A DNA stretch of 64,000 bases from Acidimicrobiales bacterium (lineage in GTDB: Bacteria; Actinomycetota; Acidimicrobiia; Acidimicrobiales; Bin134), in contig OZ242339.1 of the NCBI GenBank assembly GCA_965208505.1, positions 2,523,162 through 2,587,161 of the forward strand. The letters run 5' to 3'. The notes under the pieces are model-generated. The model was not told the origin of the DNA and searched no databases. It saw only the letters and a list, made by a program, of their open reading frames with translations. This document shows, piece after piece, positions 17,623-29,171 of the stretch. The translations under genes and the position numbers were made by a program. The stretch's first letter is position 1; the number at the start of each line of letters is the position of its first letter.

Positions 17623-20445
17623 TTGGCCATAGGCCTCATCCGCTACGCCCTCAAGAGCATCGCAGGAACCCGCGTCCGGTTCCTGCTCACCACGCTGTCG
17701 GTACTGATCGGCGTGGCCTTCACCGTCGGCGTGTTCGTCACCACCGACGGACTGCGCTCCACGTTCGGCGACCTGTCCGAGGATATATACCGAGGCGTTG
17801 ACCTGTCGGTGCGCTCACAGACGGAGTTCGGAGATCGAGAGCTGAATGCCCCGCTGGTAGATCCTGCCCTCCAAGACGCGGTGCGGTCGATCGACGGAGT
17901 AGCGGCTGCCGACGGCGGGATCTTCGAGGTCAACGTCATCGCCATCGACGCCGACGGCGAGCCGTTGAGCAGCATCGGCCCACCCCAGATGGGGGTGGCC
18001 TGGCCTACCGATGATCTGCTCAGCCAGATCAGCGTCTGGCCCGACGGCATCAGCCGCCCCCCCCGTGGACCCGACGAATTCGCCATGGACGCCGGCACCG
18101 CAGCCGAGCACAACTTCGATATCGGCGAGCGCTACCGGGTGTCCACCCCCACCGGCACCAGGGAATTCACCCTGGTGGGGCTATTCCGCTTCGGGACCGG
18201 CCAAGACGCCACCGTGGGCGCCCAGATCATGGCGTGGGATGTGGAGACCGCCATTGATGTGCTGCACAACGGGGGCGGCCTCGACTCCATCGATGTGCGC
18301 TTAGAGCAAGGCGCCTCCGTGACGGCGGTGGCCGCGGCCATCGCCGATGCCCTGCCCGACAACGTGGAGGTGGTTGCCAACGAGCAGCTGGTGGAGGAAC
18401 AGGCCGACCAGTTCAACGAGATCATCGGCTTCTTCCGGAACTTCTTGTTGGGGTTCGCCGTCGTCATCCTGGTGGTGTCGTCGTTCATCATCTACAACAC
18501 CTTCACCATCCTCGTCGGCCAGCGCATCCGGGAACTGGGACTGCTGCGAGCGCTGGGGGCCAGCGGCAACCAGGTCACGTTCATGGTGATCGGTGAGGCG
18601 GTGGTGGTCGGACTGGTCGCCACCGGACTGGGCCTGGGCCTCGGAGTGCTCATCGCCCTAGGCCTGGAAGCCATGTTCAGCGCTTTGGGGGCCTCCCTCC
18701 CCGACACCCCCATCATCATGAAGTGGTTCACCGTTGGCATCGCGGCCGCAGTGGGGGTGGGGGTAACCGCTGTATCGGCCATCTGGCCCGCGCTGCGAGC
18801 CAGAAAGGTGACGCCCATGGCCGCGCTGGCCGCCGATGTCCGGCTGGGCGTTTCCGACATTCCCCGCGCCCCCCAACTGGGAGCACTCCTCTACGGCCTG
18901 GGGCTGGTGGCAGTGGTCGCAGGAATCATCGAGCAGTCGACTTGGGTCATGGTAGGGACCGCTCTAGGAGGATCGGTACTCCTCTATACCGGCGGCACTC
19001 GCATCCACCCCATCGTCGGACGGGCGTCGGTGCTGATTTTGGGGGCCGTGCTGCTGCTGATCGCCGTCGTGGCCAATTTCTCCACCGGCGACATCTTGGT
19101 GCTACTGGGAATGGGGGCGCTGCTGGTATTCGTCGGGATGAACTTGGTCAGCCCGATCTTCGCCAAACCCGCCGTCCGATTCCTGGGGCGGCTGACCCCA
19201 TTGCTGGTGGTGTTGGGCATTCCGGTGATCCTCCTCATGGGGCTCGGAGCGCTCTTGTCAGGCCGAGGCCGGCTGTGGAGGAGTTGGGTGAGGGACCTGT
19301 TCTTCGGGATCGGCTGGCGCTTGGCCCGTCAGAACGCGGCTCGCAGCCCCCGGAGAACGGCCAGCACAGCTTCGGCCCTGATGATCGGGCTGGCCCTCGT
19401 CTCCATGGTCACGGTGCTGGGCCAATCGTTCAAACAGACCCTGGCCGATGTCTTGGACGATGCGGTCAACTCCGATTGGCTCATCTGCGTGGGCGGCTGC
19501 AACGACCCGTCCGCGGCTTTCAGCCCGCTGGCCACCCAGGCCATGGCCGAATTGCCGGAGATGGAGTCGGTGGTCTCATTTAGATTCCGACCTGACTTGG
19601 CTCGATCCACCGCCACTGAGGAAGTGCAGGACATCGGGTCGACCGATCTCGATGTGATTGGCCGCCACATCGACCCTGACATCGTTGCGGGAACCACGGC
19701 CGGGGCAGGGGCTGGTCAGCTGCTCCTCCATGACGACGAGGCGGAAGATCTCGGGGTTGGAGTCGGTGACGACGTGGAGTTGGAGTTTGCCAACGGGCAG
19801 CTCATTTCTTTCGAGGTGGCGGCGATCTTCACCAACAACACCGTTTTGGGCGCCTGGGTGATTGACCACACCGACTGGGACCGCTACATAACCGGCACCC
19901 AAGACCAGTTCATCTCGGCGATAACGGCCGAGGGCACCACCGCAGAACAGGCCCGGGCCGCATTGGAAACAGTCACCGATGACTACCCCCAGCTTGAAGT
20001 GCGCAACCAGACCGAGTTCCGAGAGAACCAGGAGAGCCAGATCGACACTTTCTTGGTTGTGGTCAACGTGTTCTTGGGAATCTCTTTGGTCATCGCGCTC
20101 ATTGGCATCACCAACACTTTGGCCCTGTCGGTGTTCGAGCGAACCCGCGAGCTGGGACTGCTGCGGGCGGTGGGGATGTCGCGTCTACAGACTCGACGCA
20201 TGATCCGCTGGGAGGGCGCCATCGTGGCGGCCTTCGGCGGGATCATGGGAGCGGCGATCGGGGTGCTGTTCGCCGGGGCGGCGGTGATTGTCATCCCCGA
20301 CAGCTTCATCTCGGCGTTCGCCGTCCCGTGGTTCACGCTCATCGTCTACATGGCCGTGGCCGCCATCGCCGGGGTGCTGGCCGCATATCTGCCCGCCCGC
20401 CGGGCCAGCCGCCTCAACATCTTGGACGCCATCGCCTACGAATAG
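17623..20445 (+). CDS. ABC transporter permease, double FtsX/MacB-type (940 aa), paralogue of the preceding gene
   Basis: TTG start 3 nt after the preceding stop. Same architecture ('RIRELGLLRALGAS', 'RTRELGLLRAVGMS'). Confidence 0.85.
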   Translation: MAIGLIRYALKSIAGTRVRFLLTTLSVLIGVAFTVGVFVTTDGLRSTFGDLSEDIYRGVDLSVRSQTEFGDRELNAPLVDPALQDAVRSIDGVAAADGGIFEVNVIAIDADGEPLSSIGPPQMGVAWPTDDLLSQISVWPDGISRPPRGPDEFAMDAGTAAEHNFDIGERYRVSTPTGTREFTLVGLFRFGTGQDATVGAQIMAWDVETAIDVLHNGGGLDSIDVRLEQGASVTAVAAAIADALPDNVEVVANEQLVEEQADQFNEIIGFFRNFLLGFAVVILVVSSFIIYNTFTILVGQRIRELGLLRALGASGNQVTFMVIGEAVVVGLVATGLGLGLGVLIALGLEAMFSALGASLPDTPIIMKWFTVGIAAAVGVGVTAVSAIWPALRARKVTPMAALAADVRLGVSDIPRAPQLGALLYGLGLVAVVAGIIEQSTWVMVGTALGGSVLLYTGGTRIHPIVGRASVLILGAVLLLIAVVANFSTGDILVLLGMGALLVFVGMNLVSPIFAKPAVRFLGRLTPLLVVLGIPVILLMGLGALLSGRGRLWRSWVRDLFFGIGWRLARQNAARSPRRTASTASALMIGLALVSMVTVLGQSFKQTLADVLDDAVNSDWLICVGGCNDPSAAFSPLATQAMAELPEMESVVSFRFRPDLARSTATEEVQDIGSTDLDVIGRHIDPDIVAGTTAGAGAGQLLLHDDEAEDLGVGVGDDVELEFANGQLISFEVAAIFTNNTVLGAWVIDHTDWDRYITGTQDQFISAITAEGTTAEQARAALETVTDDYPQLEVRNQTEFRENQESQIDTFLVVVNVFLGISLVIALIGITNTLALSVFERTRELGLLRAVGMSRLQTRRMIRWEGAIVAAFGGIMGAAIGVLFAGAAVIVIPDSFISAFAVPWFTLIVYMAVAAIAGVLAAYLPARRASRLNILDAIAYE

Positions 20446-20484
20446 TCGAACTGCGACAACTGGCGCCCCGGTTACGCTGCGGAC

Positions 20485-22008
20485 ATGCAAGACAGCGGCG
20501 AATGGCAGGCGCTGATCGCTCACCGAGAGGAACTCGACGGGGTTCACCTGCGCGATCTGTTCGCCGCCGACCCCAGCCGGGGCGAGCGGTTCTGTGCCGA
20601 GACCGACGGGCTCCTGCTGGACTACTCAAAGAACCGGCTGACCGAAGAGACGGTCGGGTTGCTGGCCGCTCTGGCCGATGGGGCCGGACTGCGGGGCCGG
20701 ATCGAAGCCATGCTCGATGGCGACCCGGTGAACACCACCGAAAACCGCCCTGCTTTACACACCGCTCTACGCCAACCCGACCCCCGGCCCGAAGTCCGAT
20801 ACGAGCTCGATCGCATGGCCGCCTTTGCTGCTGATGCCCGCAGTGGACGGTGGCAGGCGGTGGTGAACATCGGCATCGGCGGATCGGATCTGGGGCCGGA
20901 CATGGCCACTGCCGCGCTGGAGTCATTGGCCCATCCCGATTTGGACGTGCGCTTTTTGTCCAACGTCGATGGTGCCCATTTCCGTTCCGTCACTCGAGAC
21001 CTGGACCCGGCCCGGACGCTGTTCATCGTGGTGTCCAAGACGTTCACCACCACCGAGACCCTCACCAATGCCCGCACCGCTCGGGCCTGGATCGCCGACG
21101 CAGTAGGCATCAAACGGGCTGGCGATCACTTCGCCGCCGTCACCGCCAGCCCCGCCAAGGCCCAAGACTTCGGCATCGACGCCGGAGCAGTGTTCGCCAT
21201 GTGGGATTGGGTGGGTGGCCGCTATTCGCTGGGCTCGGCGGTGGGGCTGAGCCTCATGATCGCCGTCGGTCCCGGTGCCTTCGCCGAGATGCTGGCTGGA
21301 ATGCACCACATCGACGAGCACTTCCGTTCCGTCCCGTGGGCCGACAACCTGCCCGCCCTTTTGGGGCTGATCGGCATTTGGAACCGCAACTTCTGGGGTT
21401 GGCCCACCTATGCGGTGCTCCCCTACGCCCAAGAGCTGGCCCTGTTCCCCGCCTACATCCAACAGCTCGACATGGAGAGCAGCGGCAAATCGGTACGGTC
21501 CGACGGCACCCCGGCAGATGTCGCCACCGGCCCGGTGGTGTGGGGCCAGCCCGGCACCAATGGCCAGCACGCCTTCCACCAACTCCTACACCAAGGCACC
21601 GACATCGTCCCGGCAGACTTCATCGGCTTCTGTCGCCCCAACCACGGTCTCGACGAACACCACAACCTGCTCATGGCCAACCTGTTCGCCCAAGCCGAGG
21701 CCCTAGCCTTCGGCGCCCCCGACACCGGCGACCCCCACCGGAGCTTCGGTGGCAACCGGCCCAACACCGTCATCCTCGCCGACCAGCTCACCCCCCGCTC
21801 GCTGGGCCAGCTGGTAGCCCTCTACGAGCACAAAGTGTTCACCCAAGCCACCATCTGGGGCATCAACCCCTTCGACCAATGGGGAGTAGAGCTAGGCAAG
21901 ACCCTGGCCACCACCATCGCCGCCGACCTCACCGGCGCGTCCGAGCCCGACCCCGCCCGCGATTCCTCCACCCAATCCCTCATCAACCGCTACGTCGGCC
22001 GCCGATGA
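20485..22008 (+). CDS. pgi: glucose-6-phosphate isomerase
   Basis: 507 aa. '[11 protein letters not shown]', '[17 protein letters not shown]' and '[12 protein letters not shown]' PGI signatures. Confidence 0.92.
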   Translation: MQDSGEWQALIAHREELDGVHLRDLFAADPSRGERFCAETDGLLLDYSKNRLTEETVGLLAALADGAGLRGRIEAMLDGDPVNTTENRPALHTALRQPDPRPEVRYELDRMAAFAADARSGRWQAVVNIGIGGSDLGPDMATAALESLAHPDLDVRFLSNVDGAHFRSVTRDLDPARTLFIVVSKTFTTTETLTNARTARAWIADAVGIKRAGDHFAAVTASPAKAQDFGIDAGAVFAMWDWVGGRYSLGSAVGLSLMIAVGPGAFAEMLAGMHHIDEHFRSVPWADNLPALLGLIGIWNRNFWGWPTYAVLPYAQELALFPAYIQQLDMESSGKSVRSDGTPADVATGPVVWGQPGTNGQHAFHQLLHQGTDIVPADFIGFCRPNHGLDEHHNLLMANLFAQAEALAFGAPDTGDPHRSFGGNRPNTVILADQLTPRSLGQLVALYEHKVFTQATIWGINPFDQWGVELGKTLATTIAADLTGASEPDPARDSSTQSLINRYVGRR

Positions 22009-22083
22009 TTTTCCGAGGCAACACAAGCCGGGCGGCAGGCAAAGGGGGTGGAGAACGGCATCAGGACCGTATAGGGTGCTATG

Positions 22084-22153
22084 TGGAGCTAGAGGGGATC
22101 GAACCCTCCCGGCCAGGTGTCAAGTCTTCACCGGCCCGACCACGGGTAGCCCC
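22084..22153 (-). ncRNA. tRNA-Ala-like element (non-canonical cloverleaf; tRNA-like RNA or decayed tRNA gene)
   Basis: Minus-strand sequence is GGGGCTA-CCCGTGGTCGGG-CCGGTGAAGACTTGACACCTGG-CCGG-GAGGGTTCGATCCCCTC-TAGCTCC-A. It has a 7-bp acceptor stem with G3:T70, discriminator A and a canonical T-arm/T-loop. The D region is a 4-bp/4-nt mini-hairpin and the 'anticodon' arm has a bulged stem with a 9-nt loop. No CCA is encoded. Confidence 0.45.
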
Positions 22154-22182
22154 ATGATGGAGGAAGCTCTGCTGTCTCCTAG

Positions 22183-22219
22183 GACCGCACCGGGCCTGCA
22201 CAAAGGGTCCGGTGCGGTC
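22183..22219. terminator. long GC-rich hairpin between pgi and the thiC leader
   Basis: GACCGCACCGG ... CCGGTGCGGTC (11 bp), extendable with G:T, C:G, C:G and T:G pairs around a 7-nt loop. No U-tract on either strand. Confidence 0.4.
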
Positions 22220-22261
22220 TAACTCAGCATACATGGAAATGTACTGAGAATGAATACACGA

Positions 22262-24102
<1,841 letters not shown>

Positions 24103-24110
24103 GATTGGTC

Positions 24111-24701
24111 GTGCCCCGGTTGCACGTCATCGCGGATGGGGCCCCTCTGGCCGATGCCGCCTTGCGGGGCGGTGCGCCCGCGGTGCAGGCGCGGATCAAG
24201 GGGGCCGACGACAGCGCAGTTCTGGCCGAATGCGAGCGCATCGTGGCAGCGGCCCACGCTGCCAACGCCACGGTGATCGTGAACGACCGGGCCGACATCG
24301 CCTTAGCCGCCGGGGCCGACGGGGTCCACGGCGGCGCCGAAGACCTGCCGGTGGCGGTGCTGAGGCGCTTGGTAGGCCCCGACCGGCTGGTGGGGGGCAC
24401 CGCCCGAGATCCCGACACCGCCCGTCGCCACCAAGCCAATGGCGCCTCCTACGTGGGAGTGGGCCCGGTGTACGCCTCCAACTCCAAGACCGGACTACCC
24501 GATCCCCTGGGACCGTCCGGGGTGGAGAAGGTGGCCGCTGCGGTTGACATTCCGGTGATCGCCATCTCTGGCATCACCTCAGCCCGAGTGTCCGAGCTGC
24601 TGGACGCCGGCGCCCACGGCGTAGCGGTGATCGGCGCGGTAGCCCACGCCGCCGACCCGGCCGCGGCCACCGCCGAGCTGCTGGAGGCCCTGGGTGGCTG
24701 A
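24111..24701 (+). CDS. thiE: thiamine-phosphate synthase
   Basis: 'HVIAD...VQARIKG...VIVNDRADIALAAGADGVHGG...YVGVGPVYASNSK...IPVIAISGI' ThiE pattern. Start is GTG 24111 or TTG 24105, just after the thiC stop; the ORF-track start at 23943 lies inside thiC. Confidence 0.85.
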   Translation: MPRLHVIADGAPLADAALRGGAPAVQARIKGADDSAVLAECERIVAAAHAANATVIVNDRADIALAAGADGVHGGAEDLPVAVLRRLVGPDRLVGGTARDPDTARRHQANGASYVGVGPVYASNSKTGLPDPLGPSGVEKVAAAVDIPVIAISGITSARVSELLDAGAHGVAVIGAVAHAADPAAATAELLEALGG

Positions 24702-25821
24702 CGTTTCGGCGACGCCCGATGTCATCGTCGTGGGTGGCGGCATCATCGGGTTGTCCGCGGCCTGGCAGCTTCATCGGGGCGGCGCCGAGGTGGTGGTGCT
24801 CGACCCTGCGCCGGGCACCGGTGCCAGCCATGCGGCGGCCGGAATGCTGGCCCCCATCCACGAGGCCTACTGGGGCGAGAGCCACATCTTGCGGCTCAAC
24901 CTGGCCGCCAGCCAGGCGTGGCCGGCCTTCGCCGACGCCCTGGGCGCCGATGTGGTGGACTACCGCCGTAACGGAATGCTGATGGCGGCCTACGACGCCG
25001 ACGACAAGGCGCTGCTCGACAACTTGGGCGACCTGCACGAACAAGAAGGCCTGCCGGTGGAGCGGCTGCGCAGCCGGGAATGCCGGTCCCGCGAGCCGCT
25101 GCTCGCCCCCGGAGTCCGGGGCGGCGTGTACTCACCGCTTGACCACCAGGTGAACCCCCGTCGGGTGGTGGCAGAGCTGCTGAACCGGGTGCCCACCATC
25201 GCGGCGTCGGCCACCGAGGTAACTCGCAACCGGGTGCTGGCCGACAATGGTCAGGCGATGGCCTGCCAGCAGGTGGTGGTAGCCGCCGGGGCGTGGACCG
25301 GCCGACTGCTGGACCTACCCATACGGCCCATCAAGGGGCAGATCCTGCGCTTGAGCGGCCCCGAGGGCCTGTTGCAACTACCGGTGAGGGGGGTGGTGCG
25401 AGGGTCGAGCGTGTACGCGGTGCCCCGCAGCGACGGTGAGATCGTGGTGGGCGCCACCCAGGAGGAGCAGGGCTTTGACACCCGGGTAACCGCAGGCGGC
25501 ACCTACGAGCTGCTGCGAGACGTGTTGGCTCTGCTTCCGGGCCTGAGTGAGATCGACCTGGTGGAGACGTGGGCCGGCCTGCGCCCCGGCGCCCCCGACA
25601 ACGCCCCGATCATCGGAACCGGTAACGACGGCATCGTCTACGCCACCGGCCACTACCGCAACGGCATCCTCACCGCGCCAGTCACCGCGGCCGCGGTGGC
25701 CGCCCTGGTGCAAGGCCATGAGCCGCCGGTGAACCTCGCTCCATTCAGCCCCAATCGGTTCGGTGCCAAACCACATGACCAGGCCCCCGGTCCCGAACAC
25801 CTCAGCGAGGTGCCAGCATGA
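24694..25821 (+). CDS. thiO: glycine oxidase (FAD-dependent)
   Basis: 'DVIVVGGGIIGLSAAWQL' dinucleotide-binding motif. Position between thiE and thiS. GTG start overlaps the thiE stop by 8 nt. Confidence 0.85.
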   Translation: MADVSATPDVIVVGGGIIGLSAAWQLHRGGAEVVVLDPAPGTGASHAAAGMLAPIHEAYWGESHILRLNLAASQAWPAFADALGADVVDYRRNGMLMAAYDADDKALLDNLGDLHEQEGLPVERLRSRECRSREPLLAPGVRGGVYSPLDHQVNPRRVVAELLNRVPTIAASATEVTRNRVLADNGQAMACQQVVVAAGAWTGRLLDLPIRPIKGQILRLSGPEGLLQLPVRGVVRGSSVYAVPRSDGEIVVGATQEEQGFDTRVTAGGTYELLRDVLALLPGLSEIDLVETWAGLRPGAPDNAPIIGTGNDGIVYATGHYRNGILTAPVTAAAVAALVQGHEPPVNLAPFSPNRFGAKPHDQAPGPEHLSEVPA

Positions 25822-25831
25822 TCGTCCCAAA

Positions 25832-26020
25832 ATGATCGTGATTGTCAACGGGGAAACCCAAGACGTGCCGACAAACTGCACCGTGGGAACGCTGGCCCCC
25901 AACCAGCGAGGGGTAGCGGTTGCCGTCAATCGGGAGATCGTGCCCCGTAGCCGGTGGAGCGAAGCCCTCTTGGCTGAGGGCGACCGAGTAGAAATACTTG
26001 AGGCGGCCCAGGGAGGTTAA
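25832..26020 (+). CDS. thiS: sulfur-carrier protein ThiS
   Basis: 62 aa ending in GG ('...ILEAAQGG*'). ATG 25832 lies 10 nt after the thiO stop. Confidence 0.85.
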   Translation: MIVIVNGETQDVPTNCTVGTLAPNQRGVAVAVNREIVPRSRWSEALLAEGDRVEILEAAQGG

Positions 26021-27346
<1,326 letters not shown>

Positions 27347-27350
<4 letters not shown>

Positions 27351-28117
27351 CCAACCCCCCAGTAGCGCTGACCGTGGCCGGGTCGGATCCCTCCGGCGGG
27401 GCCGGAATAGCCGCCGATCTCACCACTTTCGCCGCGCTGGGAGTACACGGGACGGCGGTGATCACCGCGGTGACCGCCCAGAACACCGTCGGGGTGCAGG
27501 GGGTACACCCCATCCCCGCCAACTTCGTGGCCCAACAGCTCGACTCGGTGCTCGACGATCTGCCGGTGGCCGCGGTCAAAACCGGCATGCTGGCCAACGG
27601 GGAGATCATCGCCGTTGTGGGTGACTACGCCGCGGCCGGGCGGCTGCCCAACCTGGTGGTCGACCCGGTGATGGTGTCGTCTACCGGCGAGCGGCTGTTG
27701 GACGCCGGGGCCGAAGCCCTGTACCTGGAGCTGCTCAAGCACGCCACCGTTGCCACTCCCAACGCCCGGGAGACCTTGGTGCTCGGTGAGGTGGGCGAAT
27801 TCGACGAACCGACCCATCTGGCGGCCCTGTGCCCTGGTTGGTTCGTGATGACTGGAGAGGTCACCGCCACCGAGTGGATACACCATGACGGTGGGTGGAG
27901 TGAGCTTCCCGGCGAGGTGATCGATACCGCCAACGACCACGGCACCGGCTGCACTTTTTCAGCTGTGGTGGCCACGGCGTTGGCGGCGGGAATGGCGCCC
28001 TTGGATGCGATCGTGGGCGCCAAAGACTTTGTCCGCCACTGCATCGAACGTTCGGCTGAATGGGACTTGGGCGCCGGCCGTGGGCCGGTGGCGCACCTTA
28101 TGGGGCCAGAGTTATAA
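27347..28117 (+). CDS. thiD: hydroxymethylpyrimidine/phosphomethylpyrimidine kinase
   Basis: 'LTVAGSDPSGGAGIAADLTTFAALGVHG' and 'DTANDHGTGCTFSA' motifs. ATG 27347 forms an ATGA overlap with the preceding stop (GTG 27338 is an alternative). Confidence 0.9.
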
Positions 28118-28766
28118 GCGTCAGCCCGTCGGATATGGGCAGCATCACCTGAGTGGTGCGGGGGTCGGCCACGACATGGAGGTTGAATTCCCGAATGTTG
28201 GCGGTGTCGGGGTTCTCGTCGAGGTCGGCGTCGGGATCGGCTACCCGGCCGCCCCACAGCACGTTGTCCACCAAGATCATTCCCTTGGGGCTGAGCCGGC
28301 GCAAGATCTCCTCGTAGTAGACCTTGTATGACCGCTTGTCGGCGTCGATGAAGGCCAGATCGATGGGCGGATCATCGGGCAGGGCGGCCAAGGTCTCAGC
28401 CGCAGGGGCGATGACCGCGTCGATCCGATCAGCCACCCCGGCCCGCTCCCAAAATGGCCGGCCAATGTTCACCCACTCGTCGCTCACGTCGCAGCACAGC
28501 AGCCGGTCGCCGGGGGCGAGTCCACGGGCGATGGACAGGGCGGAAAAGCCGGTGAAGGTTCCCACCTCCACCGCGAACCGCACATCGAGGAGACGGGTGA
28601 GCATGGTCATAAAGGCGGCCTGCTCGGGAGCGACCTGCATCCGGGAGATGCCGCCCAACTCGACGGTTACGTCGATCAGCTCTTGGGCGATGGGGTCGAT
28701 GCCGGCACCGTGGGCCACCAGGTACTCCTGCACGTTGGCGCTGAGGCCAATTCCCTTGGGCGTCAT
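28098..28766 (-). CDS. class I SAM-dependent O-methyltransferase (caffeoyl-CoA OMT-like)
   Basis: ATG 28766 lies 2 nt after the upstream stop. 'AVEVGTFTGFSALSIARGL' motif I and 'DLAFIDADKRSY' are typical of the Methyltransf_3 family. Confidence 0.8.
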   Translation of the reverse strand: MTPKGIGLSANVQEYLVAHGAGIDPIAQELIDVTVELGGISRMQVAPEQAAFMTMLTRLLDVRFAVEVGTFTGFSALSIARGLAPGDRLLCCDVSDEWVNIGRPFWERAGVADRIDAVIAPAAETLAALPDDPPIDLAFIDADKRSYKVYYEEILRRLSPKGMILVDNVLWGGRVADPDADLDENPDTANIREFNLHVVADPRTTQVMLPISDGLTLITLAP

Positions 28767-28768
28767 GG

Positions 28769-29167
28769 CTATGCCCTTCCCAGCACAGAGTCCACTGCGA
28801 TGATGATGGCCCGGCGGTCGGCGCCCCGGTCTTTGGCCGGGCTGTAGCGCTCGCCGTAGCGGACCACCGCCTCGGCGCACTCGTCGGGATCAGCGGTCAC
28901 CGTGGCGTGGCCCTCAAGGGTGACCCATCTACCACCGTCCACCTGGCACAGCGCGGCCCGCCCTCCCTGTGCCGCCTCCAGCAAGCGCACCTTTTTCGCC
29001 CCTGACCAGGTGATGATGCGGGCAGTGGCGGTGTCGGGATCCCAGGTGAACCCCACCGGGGTCACATGGGGGGTGCCGTCGGGGCGGAGTACGGTGAGCG
29101 AGGCCAGATGGCGGTCCCGAAGGAAGCCGTTTATCTCGTCGGTAAGGTTTCGGGGGTCGTGGGCCAT
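28769..29167 (-). CDS. pyridoxamine 5'-phosphate oxidase-fold protein (F420-dependent PPOX class likely)
   Basis: 132 aa. 'ASLTVLRPDGTPHVTPVGFTWD' split-barrel pattern common in actinobacterial F420-binding PPOX-class proteins. Confidence 0.65.
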   Translation of the reverse strand: MAHDPRNLTDEINGFLRDRHLASLTVLRPDGTPHVTPVGFTWDPDTATARIITWSGAKKVRLLEAAQGGRAALCQVDGGRWVTLEGHATVTADPDECAEAVVRYGERYSPAKDRGADRRAIIIAVDSVLGRA

Positions 29168-29171
29168 CGGC

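Noticed and set aside
20850-22157. 435-aa Arg/Pro-rich ORF overlapping pgi in another frame and running through the tRNA-like element
   Set aside because: This is a typical high-GC alternate-frame artefact. It has low-complexity R/P/G composition and is fully overlapped by the strongly supported pgi.
22084-22180. Reading the tRNA-like element as a canonical tRNA (Ser-UGA or Val-GAC via the 'CTTGACA' stretch) or as tmRNA
   Set aside because: No 5-bp anticodon stem with a 7-nt U33-containing loop can be formed around either triplet, and there is no long variable arm for Ser. tmRNA needs about 350 nt between the acceptor strands, but only 38 nt lie between the 5' acceptor strand and the T-arm, and the flanks are occupied by pgi and the thiC riboswitch.
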